From Candidatus Micrarchaeota archaeon (GTDB lineage: Archaea; Micrarchaeota; Micrarchaeia; Micrarchaeales; CABMGC01), in assembly GCA_021818995.1 (NCBI GenBank), contig JAKASP010000001.1:289252-353251 (forward strand): a stretch of DNA of 64,000 bases, read 5' to 3'. Below, one piece after another: positions 48,187-56,347 of the stretch. The notes under the pieces are model-generated. The model searched no databases. It was not told where the DNA came from and saw nothing but the letters and a program-made list of their open reading frames with translations. Position 1 is the first letter of the stretch, and each line of letters begins with the position of its first letter. The translations under genes were made by a program, and so were the position numbers.

Positions 48187-48692
48187 TGTCTGTAGTGGGC
48201 TTCCTCTATAGTTTTCTCATCTACCCGATAATCTTCATACTGCCAGCCTGGATAGCGAACGGCACTCCTGTAATCTTCGGCGGAGGCAAGCCGCTGGACA
48301 TGGGCAAAAAACTTGGCGGTAAGCCAATATTCGGAAAGCACAAGACACTGCGCGGCACGCTTTCCGGGGTCATCGGAGGTTTCATCATATCTGTGCTCGA
48401 GCTCGCATTCTTCAACCAGGCTCTCGCAATCGGATTCGCCCTGACGATAGGCGCGATAGTTGGCGACCTGATTGGCAGCTTCATAAAACGCAGGATAGGA
48501 GTAAGGGAAGGCGTGAGCGTCGCTATTCTCGATCAGTACTCATTCTTCGTAGTCGCACTCATACTCGCGTTTCCGTTCGGCGGCCTGCCGAACGTTGTGG
48601 GCCTCGTTGTGCTCATTGTGCTAACCGGTCTGCTACACAGGGGCACAAACGTGCTGGCGCACAAGGCGAAGATAAAGCAGGTTCCGTGGTGA
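48183..48692 (+). CDS. carS: CDP-archaeol synthase (CarS, DUF46)
   Basis: 169 aa membrane protein with PAWIANGTPVIFGGGKPLD.G...GGKPIFGKHKTLRG, characteristic of CarS. Confidence 0.8.
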   Translation: MMSVVGFLYSFLIYPIIFILPAWIANGTPVIFGGGKPLDMGKKLGGKPIFGKHKTLRGTLSGVIGGFIISVLELAFFNQALAIGFALTIGAIVGDLIGSFIKRRIGVREGVSVAILDQYSFFVVALILAFPFGGLPNVVGLVVLIVLTGLLHRGTNVLAHKAKIKQVPW

Positions 48693-48712
48693 GTGCAGCT
48701 GCATGCCTCATT

Positions 48713-48862
48713 TCATGCAGCAACCCTGTGGCCACATTCGCCACAGGTAGAACCTCCCAGATATTCAGAAGGGCTGAGGTCTTGCTCTGCGCACGGGCAT
48801 CCGCAGTCTACTGCTGCCCAAGTTTCAGTTTCGTTATCCCACTCGGTGCAATTGCTGCACAC
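48713..48862 (-). CDS. candidate small multi-Cys (zinc-ribbon-like) protein, 49 aa; absent from the ORF track
   Basis: My translation is (M)CSNCTEWDNETETWAAVDCGCPCAEQDLSPSEYLGGSTCGECGHRVAA. The GTG start is preceded by GGAG, with a TTTAAATAAA TATA-like element about 33 nt upstream. Confidence 0.35.
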   Translation of the reverse strand: MCSNCTEWDNETETWAAVDCGCPCAEQDLSPSEYLGGSTCGECGHRVAA

Positions 48863-48920
48863 TTTATTCTCCGTGAGTATTTTTAAGCAAATTTATTTAA
48901 ACACAGGTTGACATAGGTAG

Positions 48921-49340
48921 ATGGGGGTTAAGATGGCATATGAAGAGTTCGACGTACTGTCCGAAGCATTGGCGGAGGAATTCGGGTTGACTGTGAAAAA
49001 GAAACCAGGCAATGCGCAGTTTTTCAGGGTGGAAACAGAAGCGGTAACAAACCCACACCTGAGGGCGCCCGAGAGCGTGCCAGTGTATCATGTTCTTGGG
49101 ATAGATCAACATGGCGACGTGATTAACATTGTGGCCGAAAAGAATTCTCAGTATAAGGAGAAGATCATGAACCTTGAAGATTTTTCAAAGAGACTTGACG
49201 CTTTTCTCAGAAAGCGCGGCTTCGAACAAAATGAGTATCCGGTAAGAGGACAACACGACCTCGCAGTTTCCCTAAGTTACAGTTTCTGGAGAAAGGAAAT
49301 AGAAGTGAAGGAGGCAGCGCCGAAGCTCAGAGTTAGATAG
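48921..49340 (+). CDS. hypothetical protein (139 aa)
   Basis: Clean ORF with no motif recognised. Confidence 0.45.
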   Translation: MGVKMAYEEFDVLSEALAEEFGLTVKKKPGNAQFFRVETEAVTNPHLRAPESVPVYHVLGIDQHGDVINIVAEKNSQYKEKIMNLEDFSKRLDAFLRKRGFEQNEYPVRGQHDLAVSLSYSFWRKEIEVKEAAPKLRVR

Positions 49341-49890
49341 GCCCGCTTGTGATTTTCAGCGCTTCGTCCATTATCTTCCGCTCCGCTTCAGAGAAAACGC
49401 CATCCTTCATGAACTTCTTGCTCTTCATCACGTAATCCAAAAGCTCCTGCCTCTTTCCTTCCTTCTTCATCGTCTTGGCCATTATCTTTGCAGGATCCTC
49501 TTCTTTCAACTCCTTCTCGGCCTCAGCTAGCCAGCCCTCGCACTCCTTGCTGTAGTCGCTCAGCATGACTATCTGCCTCAGCTCAAGCAGGAACCTTTGC
49601 AGCTCCTCTATTCTCGCGAGGTCCTCGTGCCCGACCTTCGCGTGCTCGATGTACTCGCCGAATTGTCTCTCTATATTCTTGTGCTCCTTTATGATTTGCG
49701 AAAGTAGGAATGCGTCGCGCTCCTGGCCGCTCGCGCCCTCGTCGAGCGTGGGAAGCTGGCCCTCGAGCGAGATTCTCTTCTTCTCCAGCTGCTCGTGCAT
49801 CACCGAGACTGCCTGCGAGAGAAGCTCGTCGCGCATCTTAGAAATTATGCCGTCGCAGACCATCCAGGCCGGCATCTCTTCCTTTGGCAT
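49333..49890 (-). CDS. hypothetical helical protein (185 aa)
   Basis: Clean ORF that overlaps its convergent neighbour by 8 nt. A TATA-like GGTTTATATAGC lies about 35 nt upstream. Confidence 0.45.
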   Translation of the reverse strand: MPKEEMPAWMVCDGIISKMRDELLSQAVSVMHEQLEKKRISLEGQLPTLDEGASGQERDAFLLSQIIKEHKNIERQFGEYIEHAKVGHEDLARIEELQRFLLELRQIVMLSDYSKECEGWLAEAEKELKEEDPAKIMAKTMKKEGKRQELLDYVMKSKKFMKDGVFSEAERKIMDEALKITSGPI

Positions 49891-50027
49891 TATCTTCAGA
49901 CTTCGTTTAGTGTCGTAGTAAGCTATATAAACCTTATGAGCCCTAATTCTCCTTCACGTGTTAAGGTGCATTTATTTTATCCCCACCCACCACACCTTAA
50001 CACCTCTTTCTCTTTAACAGCCAAAAT

Positions 50028-50327
50028 CTAGCTGTCGCGCGGTCTCAGGTAGAGGAGATCTTCCTTGAAGCTTCCTTTCCTGAGCGCCCTCTTGTCCCAC
50101 GCGCGCTCGAGCGTCCTCTCAATCTCGGCATCTACTCCGCCTGTGCTCAGCAGATCCATCTCGTACTGGATTGTAAGTTGCCTGTTCGGCTCCTCTTCTG
50201 GCCTGTGCCTTGAAACTGCAAGCACGCTCCCGTTCCCCTTCACAGTCGCCCCGCTCCTCATCTCCATTAGCGCATGGAAATGCGCTTTCATAAGCTGGGG
50301 CATGAACTGCTCCAGCTCCCTTTGCAT
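50028..50327 (-). CDS. hypothetical protein (99 aa)
   Basis: ORF with no motif recognised. Confidence 0.4.
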   Translation of the reverse strand: MQRELEQFMPQLMKAHFHALMEMRSGATVKGNGSVLAVSRHRPEEEPNRQLTIQYEMDLLSTGGVDAEIERTLERAWDKRALRKGSFKEDLLYLRPRDS

Positions 50328-50449
50328 CTTCTCGTCTGCAAGGTACCTGCCGAGTAGCCTGTACTGGTTCTCCGCCGTTCAATCACTGGTCGCGGAGTAA
50401 ATGAAAAAGATAGATTTATACGCGTAGCGTCCTGTGTTGACAGTTGCCG

Positions 50450-50887
50450 CTACCTTCCGCGGTAGGGCTTGATGCCCCTCCTCTCCCTTACAACTATCGC
50501 CTTTGCCCTCCCAACTTCCTTCGGGAACTCCCTCCCGCGGCTCAGCAGGTTCGTCTCAGTCTTCTTGGCCTTGAACTTCTCAGAGATGTACCTTGTTGCC
50601 TTGTCCGTGTCGAACGCCTTGCAGGAGAAGATGTCTACAGACGCGTACTTTTGGTGTACGAAGGTGTGTATGCTTATGTGCGACGTGGCTATTATCACGA
50701 ATGCGGAGATGCCCCCTTTGTCGAAGGTGCCCTTGCTGCCCTCGTAGGGGAGCACCTGCGGCTTGCTTATCTTCTTCATGTCAAGAAGCCCTGGCATCTC
50801 GTCAAGTATGCGGTATACGTGCGCCATGTCGCCGAGCAGCTTGGCATCGCAGCCATACAGGTCTATTGTTAGGTGTGGTCCGAACAT
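50450..50887 (-). CDS. speH: pyruvoyl-dependent S-adenosylmethionine decarboxylase-like proenzyme (SpeH/SpeD type)
   Basis: 145 aa with GPHLTIDLYGCD and an (A)TSHISIHTF self-cleavage region parallel to ESHxxxHTxPE. Confidence 0.75.
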   Translation of the reverse strand: MFGPHLTIDLYGCDAKLLGDMAHVYRILDEMPGLLDMKKISKPQVLPYEGSKGTFDKGGISAFVIIATSHISIHTFVHQKYASVDIFSCKAFDTDKATRYISEKFKAKKTETNLLSRGREFPKEVGRAKAIVVRERRGIKPYRGR

Positions 50888-51156
50888 ATCTTGCCCTTAT
50901 CTCCCCGAGACCACAGTAGTAACTTTGGAACAAGTGTAAGAACCAGCAGCATTTTTTCGTGTCGCCTTCACGAACAGTTCCGTATTTGAAACCATCCTTA
51001 TCCTTTCGTTGTTAGGAGAAGTTTGCGGTAACAAGTATTTAAGCCTATTTCCTGCGTGCCATGTAATCCTGGTGCGTCTGCGCGACCCGCAGGTCAGATA
51101 TTTTAAACAGTTCTTGCCAAGTAGGGAAGGGAGGTGTTGATATCGCAAGGGTAATA

Positions 51157-52788
51157 GTGACATCGGCGCTGCCGTATGTCTACTCGGTGCCCCACCTGGG
51201 CAACTTCGTGGGCTCGGTGCTGCCCGCGGACGTCTACTTCAAGTACCTCAAAATGAAGGGCGACGACGCCATCTTCATCTGCGGCTCTGACCAGCACGGC
51301 ACCCCGATAGAGCTTGCGGCCATAAAGAAGGGCGTGGAGCCTGACAAACTCGCCGATGAGCTGCACGCCACTGTGAAAAACCTGTTCGAGAAGTACCACT
51401 GCACGTTCACGCACTACGGGAAGACGCACACTGAGGAGAACAGGGAGGTAACATACGGGGTCTTCAACGAGCTCTACAACAACGGCTACATTCTAGAGCG
51501 CGAGGACATGCAGGCGTACTGCAACATAGACAAGCGTTTCCTTACAGACCGCTTCATCCAGGGCACATGCCCGTACTGCCACAAACGAAGCGCACGCGGC
51601 GACCAGTGTGACAACTGCGGCAGGCTACTCGAGCCGACCCAGGTCATCGACCCGTTCTGCGCCATATGCGGCAAGAGCGACATCACGTTCAAGAAGACAA
51701 AGAACCTCGCCTTCGAGCTGAACAAGCTGCAGAGCGAGCTTAAGGAGTTCATAAAGAAGAACGGCAAGCACAACTGGAGCAAGGACGCTGTGAACAAGTC
51801 GCTCAGCATGATAAAGGAGGGCCTCAAGCCGAGGGACATAACAAGGAACATGAAGTGGGGCTTCCCGGTGCCCCTGACCGGCTACGAGAACTACGTAATC
51901 TACGTCTGGTTCGACGCCCCCCTGGGCTACATAGGCATAACCAAGGAGTGGAACTCGAAGAGGTGGCGCGACTACTGGCAGAACGAGCACACGCAACTGG
52001 TGCAGTTCCTGGGCAAGGACAACACCACGTTCCACACAATCTTCTGGCCAGCGGAGCTGATAGGATCAAGGCTCGGGTTCGTGCTTCCATTTACCATAAA
52101 GGAATCGCAGTTCCTGGTCTCGAAGCAGCTGAAGTTCTCGAAGAGCCAGGGAGTTGGCCTGAACATGAGGACCGCGCTCGAGATACTCGGAGCGGACTAC
52201 TGGAGGTTCGCGCTCATGTACATGTACCCGGAGAACGCGGACAGCGAGTTCACAGAGCATGGGCTGGAGGAGATAGTCAATGTGATTATGAACGACAAGA
52301 TAGGCAACCTTGCGCAGCGCGTGCTCAAGCTCTCGAAGAGCAACAAGTTCCTGGCCGAGGGAGAGGTGTCGGCGAAGGACGACGCCAACGTGAAGAAGAT
52401 AGTCAAGGAATACAGAAACGCGTTCGACAAGCTGCAGCTGAAGAGGGCGATAGGCACCGTGGTCAAGCTTGCTGATCTGGGGAACAGGATAATGAGTAGC
52501 AAGGAGCCGTGGACGCTTGTGAAGAAGGCCAGGGAGGACGCGAAGGTGGAGAAGCAGACAAGGAAGATCTTCTCGGAGCTTCTCGCCATAACCTACGCGC
52601 TCGGCATACTCCTCTACCCGTTCGCGCCAAAGGCGAGCGCGGAGTTGCTCGCATATTTCGGGATAAAGTCGGAGCCCACGCTCGAGATGCTGGACCAGAA
52701 GGTCAAGCCCAATCTGGAGGCTGAGCCGAAACCGATCTTCCAGAAGATGACGGGCAAGGAGATAGAGAAGCTGCAGAAGTACGCATGA
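51157..52788 (+). CDS. metG: methionine--tRNA ligase (core only, no C-terminal tRNA-binding domain)
   Basis: VTSALPYVYSVPHLGN (HIGH variant), CPYC...CDNCG zinc knuckles and KFSKSQG (KMSKS). The GTG start leaves an unusually short N-terminus. Confidence 0.9.
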   Translation: MTSALPYVYSVPHLGNFVGSVLPADVYFKYLKMKGDDAIFICGSDQHGTPIELAAIKKGVEPDKLADELHATVKNLFEKYHCTFTHYGKTHTEENREVTYGVFNELYNNGYILEREDMQAYCNIDKRFLTDRFIQGTCPYCHKRSARGDQCDNCGRLLEPTQVIDPFCAICGKSDITFKKTKNLAFELNKLQSELKEFIKKNGKHNWSKDAVNKSLSMIKEGLKPRDITRNMKWGFPVPLTGYENYVIYVWFDAPLGYIGITKEWNSKRWRDYWQNEHTQLVQFLGKDNTTFHTIFWPAELIGSRLGFVLPFTIKESQFLVSKQLKFSKSQGVGLNMRTALEILGADYWRFALMYMYPENADSEFTEHGLEEIVNVIMNDKIGNLAQRVLKLSKSNKFLAEGEVSAKDDANVKKIVKEYRNAFDKLQLKRAIGTVVKLADLGNRIMSSKEPWTLVKKAREDAKVEKQTRKIFSELLAITYALGILLYPFAPKASAELLAYFGIKSEPTLEMLDQKVKPNLEAEPKPIFQKMTGKEIEKLQKYA

Positions 52789-52791
52789 TGG

Positions 52792-53322
52792 TCACGTGTA
52801 CTTTGCGTCTATGTTCGCGACCTGCTGTATCACGTTCCCGTATCCTGGCACCGTGTAGTTGAGCCAGACGAAACCCGTGTAGCCTGTGCCGAGTGTTCCG
52901 GTCGCGATCCCGCTGCCCGAATAGCAGTAGAGGATGAGCGTGTTGCTAGACCCGCTGTAGAGGTTTATCCCTGTTCCGGGGGAGTTCGTACCGAAGTAGT
53001 ACGTGGGCGTGTTCGCCACATAGATGTTGCCGTAAGCCGGTTTGTTGCCCGATGAGCTCGGTAGCGACGAGCATGCAGCGCCGTTTATGGTTATTGTGCC
53101 GCCGGTTGCCTGCGAGAGCTGCAGCGTGAGTATCCCGCTCCTGTTCAGTATGAACGCCTCGCACGAGAAGCCCGGGGAGGCTGTGCACGACGACGATGCG
53201 AGCGCCGGGGAGAGCACGCTTACTTTGTAGATGACCGCCACGGCTATGAAGATTATGATGAGGGCTATGCCATACGACATCATGAAGTCGACGGCGGCCT
53301 GGGCGCGCACTTCACGTAGCAT
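52792..53322 (-). CDS. class III signal peptide (type IV pilin-like) protein
   Basis: 176 aa. The N-terminus MLREVRAQAAVDFMMSYGIALIIIFIAVAVI resembles an archaeal prepilin signal. Confidence 0.55.
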   Translation of the reverse strand: MLREVRAQAAVDFMMSYGIALIIIFIAVAVIYKVSVLSPALASSSCTASPGFSCEAFILNRSGILTLQLSQATGGTITINGAACSSLPSSSGNKPAYGNIYVANTPTYYFGTNSPGTGINLYSGSSNTLILYCYSGSGIATGTLGTGYTGFVWLNYTVPGYGNVIQQVANIDAKYT

Positions 53323-53349
53323 AGAATAAGTATCAAAATTCGAGTTTAT

Positions 53350-53841
53350 TTAACTTACCTGTCCAGGTTCGACTTGCTTTGGCTGCTCCTTTCTAAAACC
53401 AACTTTTACAAGAAGCGCCACAGTCTCATCATGGGAAAGGTACTCCGGGGCGTGCGCCATCCTCGTGAAACCGATTTCAGAAAGTTCGTAAACCGCTTTT
53501 CCGAGTTCGTAAGCGCGTTCTGCTTCTTTCCCGACTCCGCCCATGACAAAGCCCCTGAACTTCGTGAACACCAGCGCGTCGCATTTCTCCACGACTCCCA
53601 GGTAGAAGTCCATGTCCCTTATGTGTAACTCTTTGATGTCAGCAGGATTCACTATTCTGTAACCCTTGAACCATTGTGCTATTGAATAGATGTTGGCCTT
53701 TTCCTCCTGTGTGCCATACACTGGCTGGGCGTGGGCGAAATAGACCGTGTTCTGCTTCCGCAAGAGCGTCTTCGGCATCAAAATATCTAGCGCTTCAGAT
53801 GCAACTTTTGGATCGACTTTGTACTTTGCAGCCTCTGCCAT
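53350..53841 (-). CDS. hypothetical protein (163 aa)
   Basis: Clean ORF abutting the rps2 stop. No confident motif. Confidence 0.45.
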   Translation of the reverse strand: MAEAAKYKVDPKVASEALDILMPKTLLRKQNTVYFAHAQPVYGTQEEKANIYSIAQWFKGYRIVNPADIKELHIRDMDFYLGVVEKCDALVFTKFRGFVMGGVGKEAERAYELGKAVYELSEIGFTRMAHAPEYLSHDETVALLVKVGFRKEQPKQVEPGQVS

Positions 53842-54456
53842 CTACTTTACCTTTATTTCGACCTTTGCCTCGAAGTCGGAGACGCTGTGCTTGAACTCGT
53901 CATTACCTTTAATCAGGCCCTTCTCCTTCATGAACTCCCTGGCAAGGAGCCAGTAGACAAGCGCGATCGAGCGCCTGCTCTTGTTGTTGCATGGTATCAC
54001 GAGATCGACGAACTTTATCCAGTTGTCTGTGTCGCAAAGCGCCACTATCGGCACGTTTATCTTGCTCGCTTCCTTTACCGCCTGGCGCTCGTTCCTCGTG
54101 TCGCTCACAAGAACGATCTCAGGCTCGAAGAAATCCCCTCGGTTGGGGTTCGTGAATATGCCCGGCATGACCCTGCCCTCCACCATGTGCGTCCCCGTTA
54201 TCTCAGCGAACTTCTTTGCAGGTGTTATCGCATAGATTCTCGACGCCGTAACCACAATCTCCTTCTGCTCGTATCCAGCGAGCAGCTTCGCCGCGGCCTT
54301 TATCCTCTTGTCGGTGACGTCAACGTCAAGCATGTAGAGGCCATCGCCCCTTCTCTTGCTTATGAACCTGCTCATTCCAGGGGTTCGCACCATCGTGCCC
54401 GCCTGGATGTGCGAGTACAGGTACTCGTTCGCGTCCACAAGCGCTTCTTCACTCAT
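53842..54456 (-). CDS. rps2: 30S ribosomal protein S2 (uS2)
   Basis: 204 aa with conserved uS2 blocks (VVTASRIYA, VSDTRNERQAVKEASKINVPIVALCDTDN). Confidence 0.9.
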   Translation of the reverse strand: MSEEALVDANEYLYSHIQAGTMVRTPGMSRFISKRRGDGLYMLDVDVTDKRIKAAAKLLAGYEQKEIVVTASRIYAITPAKKFAEITGTHMVEGRVMPGIFTNPNRGDFFEPEIVLVSDTRNERQAVKEASKINVPIVALCDTDNWIKFVDLVIPCNNKSRRSIALVYWLLAREFMKEKGLIKGNDEFKHSVSDFEAKVEIKVK

Positions 54457-54474
54457 CGTTTCACCAAATTTTTA

Positions 54475-54569
54475 CGGGGTCGCCGCGATTTCCAAGCAGT
54501 TATCTGCTCTTTGAACGCGGGTCTTGTGCGCCCTAGGCACAAAGCCTAACCAAGCTAGCCGACGACCCC
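54475..54569 (-). tRNA. candidate tRNA-Pro (anticodon reads AGG by eye) with a 21-nt non-canonical intron in the T-loop
   Basis: The reverse complement is GGGGTCG-TC-GGCT-AGCTTGGTTA-GGCT-T-TGTGC-CTAGGGC-GCACA-AGAC-CCGCG-TTCAA[AGAGCAGATAACTGCTTGGAA]AT-CGCGG-CGACCCC. The fold was done by hand, and the D stem depends on G-U pairs. Confidence 0.55.
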
Positions 54570-54607
54570 TTGCCAATCATTAGTTTCTAACCATTTTAAT
54601 TGTATCT

Positions 54608-54865
54608 CTATGAATCTCTTTTCGGAGCCGTCAATTCCAAGCCCCTTTCACTTATCCCGTACTTCGTGGTTTCTCCCTTCCTGTCAAACCTTGTCACAAG
54701 GCCGAACCACGAAAGCTCTCCAAGGGCTGCGGAAACGCTTCTCTTGCTGGCTTCTGGTAGCTTTTCCGAGATGTCTTCTTTTGTAAGCGCGGAGAACTTC
54801 TCTTGACGTAAGAGTTCCATTATCTGAGGTTTTGCGCCACTCATCCTGAGCTTAAACACTACCAT
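54608..54865 (-). CDS. small winged-helix-like protein (85 aa)
   Basis: Starts 4 nt after the rpoN stop. The pattern IMELLRQEKFSALTKEDISEKL...LGELSWFGLV is wHTH-like. Confidence 0.45.
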   Translation of the reverse strand: MVVFKLRMSGAKPQIMELLRQEKFSALTKEDISEKLPEASKRSVSAALGELSWFGLVTRFDRKGETTKYGISERGLELTAPKRDS

Positions 54866-54869
54866 CGGT

Positions 54870-55070
54870 TCACTTTCTTCCGTAGTTTATTATCTCGTCA
54901 ATCAGGTCAACGTGGCTTATCAGCATGCGTCTGCAGCAGTAGCGCTTGACCCCGAGGTCGTCGAGCACCTTGCCCGCGTCCTCGCCGTTCTTGTTGACGC
55001 GCTTGTCGAACTCCTCCCATTTGTCAGCGACGACCTGTCCGCAGGAGAAACATCTTACTGGTATCATCAT
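54870..55070 (-). CDS. rpoN: DNA-directed RNA polymerase subunit N (Rpo10)
   Basis: 66 aa with [13 protein letters not shown]...KRYCCRRML, the classic RpoN zinc motif. Confidence 0.9.
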   Translation of the reverse strand: MMIPVRCFSCGQVVADKWEEFDKRVNKNGEDAGKVLDDLGVKRYCCRRMLISHVDLIDEIINYGRK

Positions 55071-55074
55071 TTTC

Positions 55075-55227
55075 TCAATTCCTCTTTTCTCTTGAAATAA
55101 GATTTCCGTGAGTGTCGACTTCAGAAGCTACTGTAGGATATCTCAGCGCCTCATATAAAACCCTAGCAAAATACTTAGGGAAATATGCCACTTCTATAGC
55201 AACGTGTTTTGCTTTCTCCTTGTCCAT
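55075..55227 (-). CDS. candidate 50-aa ORF filling the rps9-rpoN gap; absent from the ORF track
   Basis: My translation is [50 protein letters not shown]. The ATG lies 5 nt after the rps9 stop, and the stop lies 4 nt before the rpoN ATG. Confidence 0.35.
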   Translation of the reverse strand: MDKEKAKHVAIEVAYFPKYFARVLYEALRYPTVASEVDTHGNLISREKRN

Positions 55228-55232
55228 AAGCG

Positions 55233-55766
55233 TCATCTATACGACTTCTGGAACCTGGCCCTTGCCTTAGGTCCCTTGTACTTCTTCGGCTCGACCTGGC
55301 GGACGTCGTCTACAAGCAGCGTTCGGTCGTAGTCCATGTACATCTTCTTTATCACGTCGCTGCTCGAGGCCTTCGCGAGCACCTTCGCCAGCGCGCTCCT
55401 CGCGGCCTGCGCCTGCCCGCTCGATCCCCCGCCATAGGCCACTATGCTTATGTCCGACTTGCCCGCTATCTCCTTGGTTATGCTGCTTATGTTCACAGGC
55501 TCGAGTATCATCTCCCTGAGCTCCTTCGGCTTCAGGGTCGCAATGTCGAAGTTGTTGAACGTTATCCTCGCGGCACCGGGCATAAGCCTTGCCCTCGCGA
55601 CAGCCATCTTCCTCCTCGCCTTCTCCATCACGGGCTTGTTCTTCTTCGCTACAGTCTTCCTCCTTACCGGCGCCCTCTTCGCGGCCTGCTTCTGCTGCGG
55701 CTCTGCCTGCGGGATCACAGCAGCAAGCTCTTTGTTCAGGTTGTCAAGACCGCTCTCGTTCGCCAT
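55233..55766 (-). CDS. rps9: 30S ribosomal protein S9 (uS9) with an N-terminal extension
   Basis: 177 aa. The core runs from ...ARRKMAVARARL.. to GGGSSGQAQAARSALAKVL and ...KARARFQKSYR. About 45 extra N-terminal residues precede it. Confidence 0.9.
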   Translation of the reverse strand: MANESGLDNLNKELAAVIPQAEPQQKQAAKRAPVRRKTVAKKNKPVMEKARRKMAVARARLMPGAARITFNNFDIATLKPKELREMILEPVNISSITKEIAGKSDISIVAYGGGSSGQAQAARSALAKVLAKASSSDVIKKMYMDYDRTLLVDDVRQVEPKKYKGPKARARFQKSYR

Positions 55767-56206
55767 CAGTTCACCTTGTATCCCAGCTTCTCGGAGAGTT
55801 CGCCCACGGTCATAGAGCTCTCGTAAGATTCGCGCTTGTTCTTCAGCTGCTCTTTTGCCTGTTTCTCTTTGCCCAGTTCGGATGGAGTGCCGACGTAGAC
55901 CCTGAGCCTCTTGAAGGCCTCCCTTCCCTTTGCCTTCTTCCAGGGCAGCATGCCCCTTACTACCCTCTTGACCAAAAGATCCGGCCTCCTTGACCAGTAG
56001 GGCGAGTGCTCCGGGTTTGCCTTGTCAACGAACTCGAGCCTCTGCTTGTAGTTGGCCACGATGTCGCTAACGTGTCCGCTTATCGCCGCCTTCTCCGCGT
56101 TGACAAGCGCCACCTTGTTTCCCTGCAAGAGAAGCTTAGCCGCGTGGCTAGCCAGCCTGCCGAGTATCTGCGAATCGCAGTCTATGACGTATTCCTTCTC
56201 AGCCAT
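55766..56206 (-). CDS. rpl13: 50S ribosomal protein L13 (uL13)
   Basis: 146 aa with VIDCDSQILGRLASHAAKLLLQGNKVALVNAEKAAISG. Confidence 0.9.
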   Translation of the reverse strand: MAEKEYVIDCDSQILGRLASHAAKLLLQGNKVALVNAEKAAISGHVSDIVANYKQRLEFVDKANPEHSPYWSRRPDLLVKRVVRGMLPWKKAKGREAFKRLRVYVGTPSELGKEKQAKEQLKNKRESYESSMTVGELSEKLGYKVN

Positions 56207-56255
56207 TCAATTTCCTGTTAAGCTTTTACTCTTCTTAATCCTTGCCGTGAGCATC

Positions 56256-56341
56256 TGCGGGGGATGGGATTTGAACCCATGCAGGTTCTAGACCACAAGA
56301 GCCTCAGTCTTGCGCATTTGGCCAAGCTCTGCCACCCCCGC
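56256..56341 (-). tRNA. tRNA-Leu(GAG), class II
   Basis: In the reverse complement: acceptor stem GCGGGGG/CCCCCGC, anticodon stem-loop CAAGA-CTGAGGC-TCTTG, a long variable arm, and T arm ATGGG-TTCAAAT-CCCAT. Confidence 0.9.
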
Positions 56342-56347
56342 GCGTTT

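Noticed and set aside
50888-51156. The largest intergenic gap (269 nt) between speH and metG, examined for a tRNA, ncRNA or small ORF.
   Set aside because: I found only a short hairpin (CTGCG-CGACC-CGCAG), a TATA-like ATATTTTAAA and a GGAGGTG. There is no cloverleaf, no C/D-box pair and no convincing sORF. The 88-aa minus ORF looks spurious. The region is probably two promoter/UTR regions.
54476-54569. Reading the tRNA-like element on the + strand, since both strands begin GGGGTCG and end CGACCCC.
   Set aside because: Only the minus-strand reading gives the GG-containing D-loop, the U33/G37 anticodon loop and the TTCAAAT T-loop. The + strand reading has none of these.
55071-55232. A possible C/D-box sRNA in the rps9-rpoN spacer, with GATGAC and CTGA elements on the minus strand.
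   Set aside because: The box C match is imperfect. The spacing of about 95 nt is too long. There is no C'/D' pair and no terminal stem. A coding explanation (the 50-aa ORF) fits the exact gap-filling better, but remains unproven.
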